64,000 nucleotides of DNA, taken from contig MCFE01000165.1 of NCBI GenBank assembly GCA_002104905.1, positions 62,001 to 126,000 of the forward strand, in the 5' to 3' direction. Below the pieces are notes generated by a model. The model did not search any database. It saw only the letters and a list, made by a program, of their open reading frames with translations, and was not told where the DNA came from. The DNA is from Basidiobolus meristosporus CBS 931.73 (lineage: Eukaryota; Fungi; Basidiobolomycota). The position numbers and the translations under genes are program-made. Shown here one piece after another: positions 53,367 to 64,000 of this stretch (position 1 is the first letter of the stretch; each line of letters begins with the position of its first letter).

Positions 53367-53734
53367 TACGCCACCGAGGTACCGGTCTCTTCCCCCATAC
53401 CCCCCCCCCTTCGCTTCACCAGGACTTTTTGTATACTTGATTCTTTGTGACCTGTAATAAATGTCAATAGGCTTTTCGGATATGTGATACTTCATTGGGC
53501 TCCGTGGAACCATACAAGAGAGATATGAGGGGGGGGGTCTTGGAGGGTGGAGCGGACGGTTCGTTGGCGGGAAATGGGAAGGAGAGGTGGGGGAAGGAAG
53601 GAAGGAATGAATGAATGAGGGAGGGGGACCTTGGCTATCGCTATCTAATGACTATCTACACTGGGAATTCTGGAAAGTCCCGCGCTTGGATGACTTTTGG
53701 GAGGGTGGATGGGCTGGCTGGCCAATCCCCCGGC

Positions 53735-55152
53735 TCAGTTACAGCACCGGCCTCTCTCCATATCCAGCTCCTCGTCGTTCAGATAGATGCTGCCGTTCGA
53801 TCGCTGCCGTTTATCCCCGTCCAGATCGAATTCTTTTTCCACCAGTTGCCGGGCGATCTGTACGAAGATCTCGTCCACCCCTAGGGTACCATTACATGTT
53901 AGTCCACTTGCCTCAGTGGGAAGGTGGGGGTTTTATCACCTTCATCGTCCTTTGCGGAGACCTCATGAACGGTATACCCGGCACCTACGGTCCTGTCCAC
54001 AAACTCCACCGCCTCATCCAGCGTGACTTCCCTCCGGGTGCTGGCCAGATCGAACTTACTACCCACTATGTGAATGACTACGAGGCGAATTAGCGACGCA
54101 CGGAAGGGGAACCACATGAAAACTCACTCAGATCCTCGGTCATGTTCTTCTGTAGCTCTGCCAGGGGAATGGGTCGGTTAGTACGTCGGCTACGACAAGG
54201 GGAAACTGAAGCGGGCTCACCCTTCAGCCAGACTTCTATCTCTTCGAAGCTTTTTCGATTCGTGATATCGTACACAATGATAGCGGCGTTGGCCTAGGAA
54301 AGCACCGGTTAGTCCCAGCGAGACGGGACGAACGAACCACTCGAGCTTACCCCTCTATAGTACATGGGCGCCTGGTTGGGGGGGGGGAGTTGGTTAGTAC
54401 GGCAGGGGGAGGGAGGGTCGATGAATCGGCAGTGAGTCATGTGCACTTACCATGGAACGAAATCGCTCCTGCCCGGCGGTATCCCATATCTGTAGCCGGA
54501 CCTTGAAGTTGTCCACCACCCTACCGGACGATTAGAAATGCGCCTTGGTTATACTGGGATCATTGGCATATGACCCAACCGCCACCCTGCCCATTCGACG
54601 CTCTACCCTTTCTGTTTGGCTGATATCCCCACCTTGTTGGCTTGTATCTATCGTACTTGGCCCCAAACCTCCTCTGCTCCTCAAGCCAGGGGGCTTCGCT
54701 GAGCCACCCTCTCGCTATCAGGGGCAGCTGGGGCTGGCGAGCGGTACTCGAACACCGTAGGAAGGGTAGAGTGGTCGAAAGGAGGGACCGGGTGCGCACT
54801 TGGCCAGACAACCATCCCCCCCCCACTAACAAGAAAACCCCGGACTACTTACAATTTTGTGGTCATGAAGGAGGCGCCTATGGTGGAAGAACAGTTGGGC
54901 GTGAAGGTCTTTTGAACGTAGCGCACCACAAGGGAAGTCTTCCCTACGGCTGGGGTAAGATGGAGTAAAGGCGCATCAGTAGGAGCAAGGGCACTCTACA
55001 CAGCGCAGCCCCACCCTCCTGCCCCGCTTCATCCCAGCGGAAGCACCCTAGATATTTCGTCTGGCACGGGGCTGAGGGTGTGGGTGAAGGGAAGTTAGGT
55101 TACCTTGACTTCCTAGAATGACCACTTTGGCCTCGAGCAGGTCGGTGTGCAT
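53735..55152 (-). CDS. Rab5/Rab22-like small GTPase (8 exons)
   Basis: [42 protein letters not shown], C-terminal CCN; GT-AG introns. Confidence 0.93.
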
Positions 55153-55650
55153 CGAACGAGAAGCTAACGGCGGGGGAGGAGAGGGAAACGTCTAGTTGGG
55201 TGTGCTGGCGGGGGAGGGCCCGTTCGGAAGAATAAGGGGAAGCGTAGGTTGGTTGGGCGGAAGAGAAAAGGGAAGTTCGCCTGGATAGACAGCAAAGAGG
55301 GAGGGTTCACAACAACCCAGCATGTACAAAGAATCGCCTGAGTGTAACTCAAATCAAATCCACCAACATCAGCGCAGCAATAAGGGATTTGATTCATACT
55401 TGTACTAATTAATTGATTCATCATCGGTCAATGGAATCATTCCATGGTTTCACTTCCAAAAATGGCCGGCCCTCTTCACCTACACCCGTACCGCACTTGC
55501 GCACACACCCACCCACGCCCGTAACCGCACCCTCTTCACCACCTTCCCCCCCCATACACCTGCTGTTTGCTAGATGCAGCACTAACAAGGGTTTTATTGT
55601 ACAATGAACAGTCAGTTATTAGGGAGGCAATCGATCTAACAGGGGCTATG

Positions 55651-57964
55651 TCAGTCATTATTGGCGGAGAAAAACTTGGGCAGATTGGTTTGGGTTCGCT
55701 GAAAACCGGCCGCGCCCTGGGGAAGATCCTCGTAGATGAAGCTCGACTGGCTGGGGGGCGAGTGATGGCTGATGAACGCGGGCTTGGGCGAGAAGGTGGA
55801 CACCGAGAGGTTGCCGCTGGACCTGGTGTCGGTGGTGTCATCGATCAGTACCTCCTGGCGTAGACCGGCCGACTCTCGAAGATTCGCCATGTACCGATCG
55901 TACGGGGACAGGCTCATCCCGTCCGACAAGGAGACGAACGAGGGGTTGTCGCTCTTCGGTCGGTATGCATCGTACGCACTCTCGGAGGAGAACGGCCGCT
56001 CCATCTTGGGGAGGGTCGGGCCGCTCATGACACTCGTGGAGCCGGAGATGTGGCTCGAGGCACCTCGCGGGCGGGACGGGAGGTGCGAAGTGGAGGTGAT
56101 GACGGTGGCAGCCCCGCCGGAAGTCCTAGGTTTGGCACACCGGTGGATGAGAATCTCGACAAGACACATGATCGCCCGTACGGCCCAGAGGAGCTGGAAA
56201 AGCATGATCATAAAGACGCTGATCAGCCCGCACCAATCCTTGGCCTCGCTGCTTGCCTTGACCGCAGGCAGGTAGACGAAGAGAAGGGCCACCAGCACCA
56301 CCCTGAACGCTTGGTAGATCCCCTCCCACACGTTCACACTGGTGCTGACATATGGATGCACCCCGAGGATGGCGTAGAACAACGCCACCTCGCGACACAG
56401 CACGAGGACCAGCTGCACCAGACCATTGCTCTGGCCGAACGCGACAATCGCGGCAAGTACGAGGTGGTCGCCGAACCGCACCCAGGCGTACCGATAGGAG
56501 TTCGGGGTGTAGTTGTTGTAGAGTGGCCCGAACATGAGTATGTAGAAGGCGTCGATGAAGATGGTGGACGATTGGGAGAACTTCGTCAGGTAGATCAAAG
56601 AGCCACCTATGATGGCGAAACTAACCACCACGACCAGTACGGCGGCGACCACGGTCAGCCAGATCGGATCGTGGATCATCAGCTGGTTGAAGGCGAAGAG
56701 GGTGAGCGGCAAGTGGAACAGGAGCAAGAAGCGTAAGATGTTCCCTACATGGGATGGAGCGGGTTAGACGAGGTGCAGCGAGGGTGAGGGGGTGAGGGGG
56801 TAAGGGGGACTGGCGTTACCTAGCGTGAAGGCGAACAGCTTCTTCTGCGAATAGGAGGACCCATCCGATCTCATCACCAGCACGGCCACCCCGATGATCA
56901 ATCCACTAACCACCAACACCGCCAACAGAACAAACGCCATGAGGATGAGCAAGGAGACCAGAAGTCCACTGGGCTCAAGCCCCACGAAATGAGTGAAAAA
57001 GGTGATGCCGCGGTCTTCGATGGGCAGATGGGAGCTGGCCTGGGCTTTGATGGCCCCGCCGTTGGTGACCGAATCGCCCAGGATCCCCATGACGGAGTGC
57101 AGCCTGAATAGGAACTGCTGATAGAACAGAGAGTAGTCCAGATTGAGCAGCCCGAGAACCACCAGGAACTGAAGGTGGTACACAAGATCGAAGAAGCTCG
57201 GGTACCGGAGGCTTTGGGCCTGTCGAGTCACCCCGAGGTTCGAGGTGTACGCGAAGATGTCCTGCACGTCCCCGAAGAAGTAGGCGAATGCCAAGGTGAG
57301 AATGGGTAGTGCCAAGGTGCACAGCATCACAATGGTGACGATATGGTTGTACGTCTCCTCCGTTTGACTAACCAGCACCGTGAAACATCCGTACTCTCCA
57401 TTGTTTTCGTCGATCAGAACCCCGGTCACATTGACGTCAACAAATGGGCTGTAGTTCGGAACACTCAGGACCTTTGGAGGAGGGAGGGGAAGCAATGAGT
57501 ACGGTATGATATGCCAGTCAAACACAAACCGTCCCCCACCTTGTTCAGGGTCACGTTACCCGCACTGGTTGGACACTTGCCCAAAGACGCGCACAGGTCG
57601 GGGTCTACTACGGAGCTTCTGTAGTTCAGAGTCGACACGATGTACAGAGCGGTGGCAATCTTCCCTATAGAAGCAGTCAATAAACCACCTTCACAACCCA
57701 AACGCACGCAACGGTCCTACCTGGAGTTGACGTGGAGACGCCCACAAGGGAGTCCTTGGCTACACCGGTCACCTGGATATCGATGGACCGGCTGCCTATG
57801 TCGAATTTGGCGGTGCCATCTATGGGGTCCCAGGAATGGGCGGGGTTGCCGCAACGCAGAAACGGGGAATTGCTTAATACGCTTTGGCTAGATAGAAGCG
57901 CTATGAAGAGGGTGAAGAGGGTGGGGAGTGAAAAGCGGGTATATCGGGTTTTCGGGGGAACCAT
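55651..57964 (-). CDS. TRP-like multi-pass membrane protein (Flc/Pkd2-type, TRP_N + TRP), spliced
   Basis: Signal peptide, lumenal domain (YGCFTVLVSQ), FFDLVYHLQFLVVLGLLNLDYSLFYQQF, FGPLYNNY, hydrophobic helices, Ser-rich tail. Confidence 0.85.
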
Positions 57965-58437
57965 ATAAGAAAGGGACTTGTTTGGGGGGGGGAATTATAC
58001 AGATATAGCTCGATGGGGTCTATTTAGGAGGGCAGTAAAGGAAACCTTTGAGGCATGCCGCCTAGGTGAGAATTAGATACAGTGTGGATGACGAAGAAGA
58101 CAGCAACACGAAGATCCACTCGACTATTTAAGAGGCATAGCCATTTAATCAGTATATCAAGCACAGCCAATCGCTTACTCTTGTTTGTGGAAAATGATCT
58201 GAGGCGTATTTTCGGTAGCACCGAATGCATCAGTTGGTATTGCTTTGGACTGGAAATTCGAATTTAAGCTATTGAAATGGTTGGCCAGGAATATTGCATA
58301 AATGGCGATTTCTATTTTGATCATAATGAAGGCGGTGGCCAATACGGGGAGCAGAAATAAATACCCACTTCCAAAAATAGCAGGTGCGCATGGAAGTTAC
58401 TTTTAGCTGAACACTAATGCTGGGAGGGGGTGGCTTT

Positions 58438-58496
58438 GAACGGTGGTGTGGTGCGGTGGTGCGGTGCGGTGGTGCGGTGCGGTGGCGCGGTGGTGA
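58438..58496. repeat. GCGGT/GGT microsatellite just downstream of the RAV1 stop
   Basis: Read directly. Confidence 0.85.
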
Positions 58497-58501
58497 CTTC
58501 C

Positions 58502-61500
58502 CTAGTTCCCTGTTGGTTGGTCTGGTCTCTCTCTCATCACCAAACGCCAAATAAGCTTTTGTTCTCGAGATTGCAACCACTTGGAAGCATCCAATGCTGT
58601 GGGAGAGAATGGAAATTAGCATGCTAACCACACAAGACCTATTTCCGCAAGATTCTACCTTCTGGATGGTGACCACGCAACCGAATCATACGCTTATAAA
58701 GATTGATCAACGGCTCAAGAATGCCGACCGTCGTGAAGGACCTAAGCTCTTCTGTAGATAAACAACGAGTAAGCTTAAAACTGCTAGTAGTCAATGGATG
58801 GTCAAGCCGGAATATACCATCACTGCGTGTTTCCAGGGATTGGACCATGCTTTCTACGTGGTGGATCAGGAATCGGGTGCTGGCTTCGTAGATCGCACGG
58901 TGGACTTGGGTTTCCTTATCTGCGGGGAGGTAGTCTTGAGGCTCGTCAGGATCGTCACTGAGCTCATCCAACTTAAACTCCTCCAACTCGACTGTGACCT
59001 CGGAGTCGGTCTAAGGCCTTAGGTTAGTTATGATCTCAGTAGGTCAGTTGAAATAGCACGCTTACATCAGGTAGAACCCCGTTTACGAAGTCTTTGATCA
59101 CCAGCTGAAGCTCGAAAGTATCATCGGTTAAATGGCGGATGAATCTTCCGGCTCGGACGATGTACAGAAGAGCGCGATCGTACTTGGCGTCCGCGAGGTT
59201 GCCTAGGAACAGGGCGATGAATGCGGACAAGGATAGCTTTTGGATGTACACTTTGGCAACAGAATTGGACATCTTGTCTTGAAGGAAACGAACCACTGGG
59301 CAGACGATTTGAAAATTTCCCTACATGGACGATTGGTGAGTGGGGAGAAGCTGGACGAGACGGAGGCTTCTGCTTACCGAGCCCACTGGATCTGGTAGGA
59401 GTGATCGGTCCGAGTATAGTTCGAGGTAGAGAAGACATATTGGAGAAGCGAGTTGAAGTTGTCGGTTAGCATATGAATGAACCGGGAGTTTTCCGTGGGG
59501 TTAACCAGAATCCCTTGGAAGAGCAGCTCAAAACAGACCGAAACCGAGTCGGTTTCTAAGCATCTTGAGATCAAGATGTTGTCAAGAACTCCGGGAGAAA
59601 CCCCGCTCTCCTCACAGATAGAGTGAAGCCCGTCTCGGATCTGGTCTAGATAGCCTTGGAAGAACTGGCATTTCTGCATGCACGAGCCTTTGACCGTGGC
59701 AGCGGATAATGCATCCAGTAGATACTAAATCGCAAAGGGTTACGGTGTGTTCAGGAACAGCTTCAGCCTCCACGCCAACTTACTGGGATAGATTGCAAGA
59801 CGATGTTCTTGCGACAATACGTGATCCACTCGATCTGGTCGTTGCTTGCAACCGTAGCGGCGGACTCCTGGGGTTTCTCGAGGTCCGGTTGGTGATCAGG
59901 ATCGTCCACGCCAATAGACGTTTCGTAGTCATCGAACAGGTTGTCGGCAGTGATTGCGGGTGTGTAATCATCAAACAGATTATCAGATGTGATTGCGGGT
60001 GTGTAATCGTCAAACAAATTGTCGGCGGTGACCTTGGGGGCCTCATAGTCATCAAAGAGATTCTCGGCCGTGGCAGGCTTTGATTTTGTTACAGGCTGAT
60101 CCCATCCCCAGTCATCAAAACTAACCACTCCGGTGTTGATCAAGTCGGTGGGCGCATGGTTGCGATCCTGGGCGCCATTCTTGCCAAGCCCGGAGGCGGG
60201 GGATTTGGATAGGACGCCGAATTCCCAGGTCTGGGTGATCTCAAGGGCAAGAAGCGGACACCCTAGGTCTTGATAAGCAGCTATCACCTCCCAGATGTAA
60301 TTCGTTTCTTGCTCTGGCGTAAGAGAAAGCTGGTCCCACCGGAATTTATATGGCTTGTCTTTGAATGACTGAAGCAGAACAAGCGACGCTGGATCAATAC
60401 GAGACTCTGCAGGCTCTTCGTCCAGGCCTATGCCTTGTGTGAGATTGGCTAGTGGCATCTACACGAAGCTCTATGAGTCTTTCGAGGTGAGCTACGCAAT
60501 TGCGGATCTGCCCCTTACCATAAGTGCTTTGAATGATTTCTCGCGCTCTCCTAACAGCCAGAAGCCCAATGCTACCAGCCATCTATCACCAGACGTGAAT
60601 CCCTGCACCAGGACATGCTCACGCACCAGGTCCTTTAATGTTGGGCTGTTGTCGCCTGCCAGTTGGATTGTGGTTAGTGAAGGCGAGGCTTGCTAGACAG
60701 ATGAAATGAAGCAACCTTCATAGCAACGACAGATCGCAATGGCCAATTGGAAGTCGTTTAGATAATTAAGACACACTCGAACAGCGTCGTTTAGACGGCC
60801 ACCCAATAGGAAAAAAGCAGCAGCGTATTCTAGCCAGAGGCACTTGTATCAGACAATTGGAGAATCACAACTGGACATCCGTGCGAAAGCTTACCGTATC
60901 GTTGCTTGCCCAACAGCACGAAAGCATTCTTTAGGGCTGCCTGCTGCCATCTCGGCTCGGTGAAATCGTTGGCCAAAAACTTCACCATTGCTGGCTTTTC
61001 CTTGTGGTACGATACATTTTTCCACAGGCTGTGCAGCAATTTAACTTTTTTCAGTGCCAGGTAGTAGATGGTGCTCTCCACGGGATCCTTGTCCTCTTTG
61101 GCCATATAGTGGGACTTTCCGATCAGCTCCATCTGTCGTTTCTGTTACACAAATGCCAGGTTAGCGCATACAACGACATGTTGTTACGATAATGGAAACT
61201 AACGAAGGTATCTTCATTGTTGATCCATAGTGCGAATCCGTAGGATTTGGCGTCATTCCATAGCAACTTTCCGTCACAGCTTTCTGCACAGAATTCAACC
61301 AGAAGATCCTAAGAGGCGAGAACTAAGCAGAGATTCGATGAGGATCATTCTAGGCTACATCTGGTACCTGTGATTCACTGTGCAATGCCCATATCATGTC
61401 TCTATAAGAGAACTTGCCAGAGTTGGACTTGTTTGGGGAAGGGGAGTACTTCATGAACGTATTTAGCTTGAGAGAGAGTAAGAAGCGGCCACCATTTTCA

Positions 61501-64000
61501 TCCAGAGCACGTGCTTGCTCCTCCATCTAAGTAGTTGATTCGAGGGTTACTATGGTGCAGGTGGCTGAATCGTAACGACGCCCGAATACCTTGCTTATCC
61601 CGTCAACTATACCCATCAAGTGCATTTGCTCCAAGTTGGAGATTCCGTTTAGAGACTTTTTTGTCAGATGATCGACGAGGGCTTCGGCCTGGACTGTGTT
61701 GAATTCTTTGGATTCTGCTTGCTTCTGTCTGAGACCCACAGGTTGAGGATGTTGGTCGTGCTGGAGTGATGTGCTGTATACTTACTTCCAAGCATCCCTA
61801 TCCACGTATTCATCGAAAAGCTGGTTGTATTTTTCCTGCGTAAACACCGGCATCTGTTACAGCGTGAGTATGCTATCTCTATTCCAAGTGAGTGATTGGT
61901 GTAACCTTGTTGTGGATGAAGTACTTCATAGGAACTGGAGGCACTTCGGAGCTTGCATTGGTGGTTTTTGCAAACGCCTCCATGTAGTTGTACAGCTGGG
62001 TCAAGATATACTTGACAACATTTACTTTGCCTAGATCGGCCAAATGGGACAGAGGTTAGCAAAGCGCGTTCTCCGCTATCAAGCAGGCCTACGGTACCCC
62101 AGAGCATGTACTGCGTAAGATTGTTGGGATGGTGGTGCGGTAGAGGAGCTCTTTCGGTGATAAGCGAGTGGATCAATGATGGGCTGGAGTTGTTTGCTTT
62201 TCAAAATAGTCAAGTCAGTTCCCTGCTTGAAATGGGGCACAAAAAATTCACCAAACCTGCGCGGTCTTTTTGGGTGATGATCCATTTGGAGAAATACCAA
62301 AGCTGGTTTCCTGTGGCGACAATAAGTCCTTCTTTCGACCAGTCTGCACTTGTGATTCCTTGCGACGACAGTCTAACGGAAGAATGCAGGTTATTCTGGA
62401 GTCAGCACGTCGCTAAAACCAACAGGACTTACTCTAGCATGTTGATGGTTCCATATTCACACCAAACCGAGGATTTCGAGAATTCGTCATGCTCTTTGTT
62501 GACCAACAAACGTAATCCGATTTTTAAACACAAGTGCCAATATATGCTCTCCAAGTGAGGTGGCATAGAGCTCAATCGCAACTAGCTGATTGTTTTCCCT
62601 TGGATGTTTGTGAGTAAGAAAAGTTTTGAATTGGATGTGGACGGGTATTCACCTGATGGACATCTCAAATTCTCTGAGCACTTTCGTTGCGTGCATCGAC
62701 ACTCCGTAGAATCGAACGTAGAGTTCAGTTTCCTGGTACGTTGCTACAAAGAACTTGAGTGGATGACTCTCTCAAGAAGATCACATCCCCTGTACCTGTC
62801 ACGATTTTTCCGAATGGACTCCATCGGATGTGTTCCACACGTTCGTCGAAACCATAGTTAACTAGCTCACTCCAGGACCCATCAGAGGTGGTAACGGCCC
62901 AGCAACGAAGTACTCGGTTGTCCTCAGAAAAAGTAACCAAGTCAACCTGATCATTGTTGCTGCTGACAAAGGCAAAGGAATGGACATCTGTCTGGCATTT
63001 TTTCCCGATGACTGAGATTTTTTCTTGGACTGGCAATGAATGGCGTGAGCAGAAAGTTCCAAAAATCTGCGAACCTAGAAAGAGAATGTGAGCAAAGGGA
63101 ACGGAGCAACACTCTTGGCAAAGGGCTTACCTGTTAAAGTGATGGACCAAACGAAGACGGTGTTCTGATTTGGACTAAATCCGTACACGTAATACCGATC
63201 AGCATTCTGCTCGAGCTGAAAGACGACATCAATGGTGGACAAAGGATACTCCGTGTCATAGTCATCCAAAGGAAACCGATATCTCCACGCCTCATTGGTT
63301 TCATACGTATAAACACCAATGCTTTTCCCATCGTACAGCAGGATTACGTTTCCTATAGAAACGTGAGTAGAGCCATCCTCACGTATAGACATGGTCTCAA
63401 TAAACGACAAACCTTTGGGTAAACGCTGCGCAAATCTCATAGTGCTACCCACAAACTGTGAGATGACCTCGGTCATTGGATCCTTGTGGCTTTTTCCAAA
63501 CTACCATGAAAAGACAATTACTACGCATTCAAGAGCCATGGACCACACTGAACGTATCGAACCCTGGGGGCGCTAGCTTCCCAAATGCCGATCTCCCCGT
63601 CGTCTGAGCAAGTGATGACGTTGTTATCGTAGAGGGAGCCCAATATGGACGAGACAGCTCCACGAGGACCGCTCAATGATCGCTTCAAAAACAGCGCAGA
63701 GTTGCTGGCTTCGGTGGTTATAGAAGTATAATCCAAAGTGTAGAAATCAATGGAGCCCTGAGGATGCTGAACTAGGAATGTGATTTCGGTATTTTGTGTT
63801 ACACCTACAGTAACGCATTGGTTAGATGTCTAACGAGCGGTGGTGAGCGCAAGTATTGTACCGCACCATAATCCTCTTCGGGATACTTGATGGACGCCAG
63901 CACTTTCTCATTGAACGAAGCAAACGCTGTAGATGAGAGGAAACAGGGCATTTTGAGCAGTAAGGAAAGCGTAGGTTTCTCTTGGGGATAATCGTCCAGA
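58502..64000 (-). CDS. RAV1: RAVE complex subunit Rav1 / DmX-like WD40 protein, spliced, 5' end beyond the window
   Basis: KDPVESTIYYLALKKVKLLHSLW...FLANDFTEPRWQQAALKNAFVLLGKQRY (Rav1p_C), LGCPLLALE; frame open to the window edge. Confidence 0.92.
59923..60072 (-). repeat. Four in-frame 36-nt repeats in RAV1 (T[AS][DE]NLFDDY...)
   Basis: AENLFDDYEAPK-VTADNLFDDYTPA-ITSDNLFDDYTPA-ITADNLFDDYETS. Confidence 0.93.

Noticed and set aside
51222-57322. Many long overlapping/antisense ORFs (e.g. 56050-56736, 55772-56275, 52224-52712, 51436-51813)
   Set aside because: Shadow ORFs caused by high GC and low-complexity introns opposite real genes.
63235-63250. GTATCCTTT on the minus strand as a second U12 5' splice site
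   Set aside because: Lies within an open RAV1 exon (TEYPLS) with no matching branch site needed.
43646-64000. Functional iron/vacuole gene cluster (ferroportin, glutaredoxin, Rab, TRP, RAV1)
   Set aside because: No shared regulatory motif seen and functions are generic; would need synteny and co-expression data.
1-64000. tRNA, rRNA, CRISPR arrays, prokaryotic operons
   Set aside because: None recognisable; spliced genes and LTR elements show the sequence is eukaryotic.

Overview
Eukaryotic DNA, most likely from an early-diverging (non-Dikarya) fungus; the taxon is an inference from gene content, short introns and a minor-spliceosome intron. The window has two sharply different halves. (1) 1-~42.7 kb is an AT-rich, strongly CpG-depleted block of nested, mostly dead transposons: two Ty1/Copia families (A and B; two full-length copies with TSDs at 2623-7312 and 32846-37529), one full-length Ty3/Gypsy (9876-14820) that splits a PIF/Harbinger-type transposase, and CACTA/EnSpm relics (transposase ~16.0-17.45 kb, a CACTA terminus at 28144, and an unannotated accessory ORF present in two copies). 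(2) ~42.9-64 kb is CpG-rich and gene-dense with spliced genes: ferroportin-like transporter, Dis3L2/Ssd1-family RNB nuclease, Sds3/BRMS1-family protein, small glutaredoxin-like protein, Rab5/22-like GTPase, TRP-like (Flc/Pkd2-type) membrane protein and RAV1 (runs off the right edge). The most striking single signal is a textbook U12-type AT-AC intron (52056-52153) in the Sds3-family gene. Coordinates and mismatch counts were read by eye; degenerate-element boundaries are approximate.
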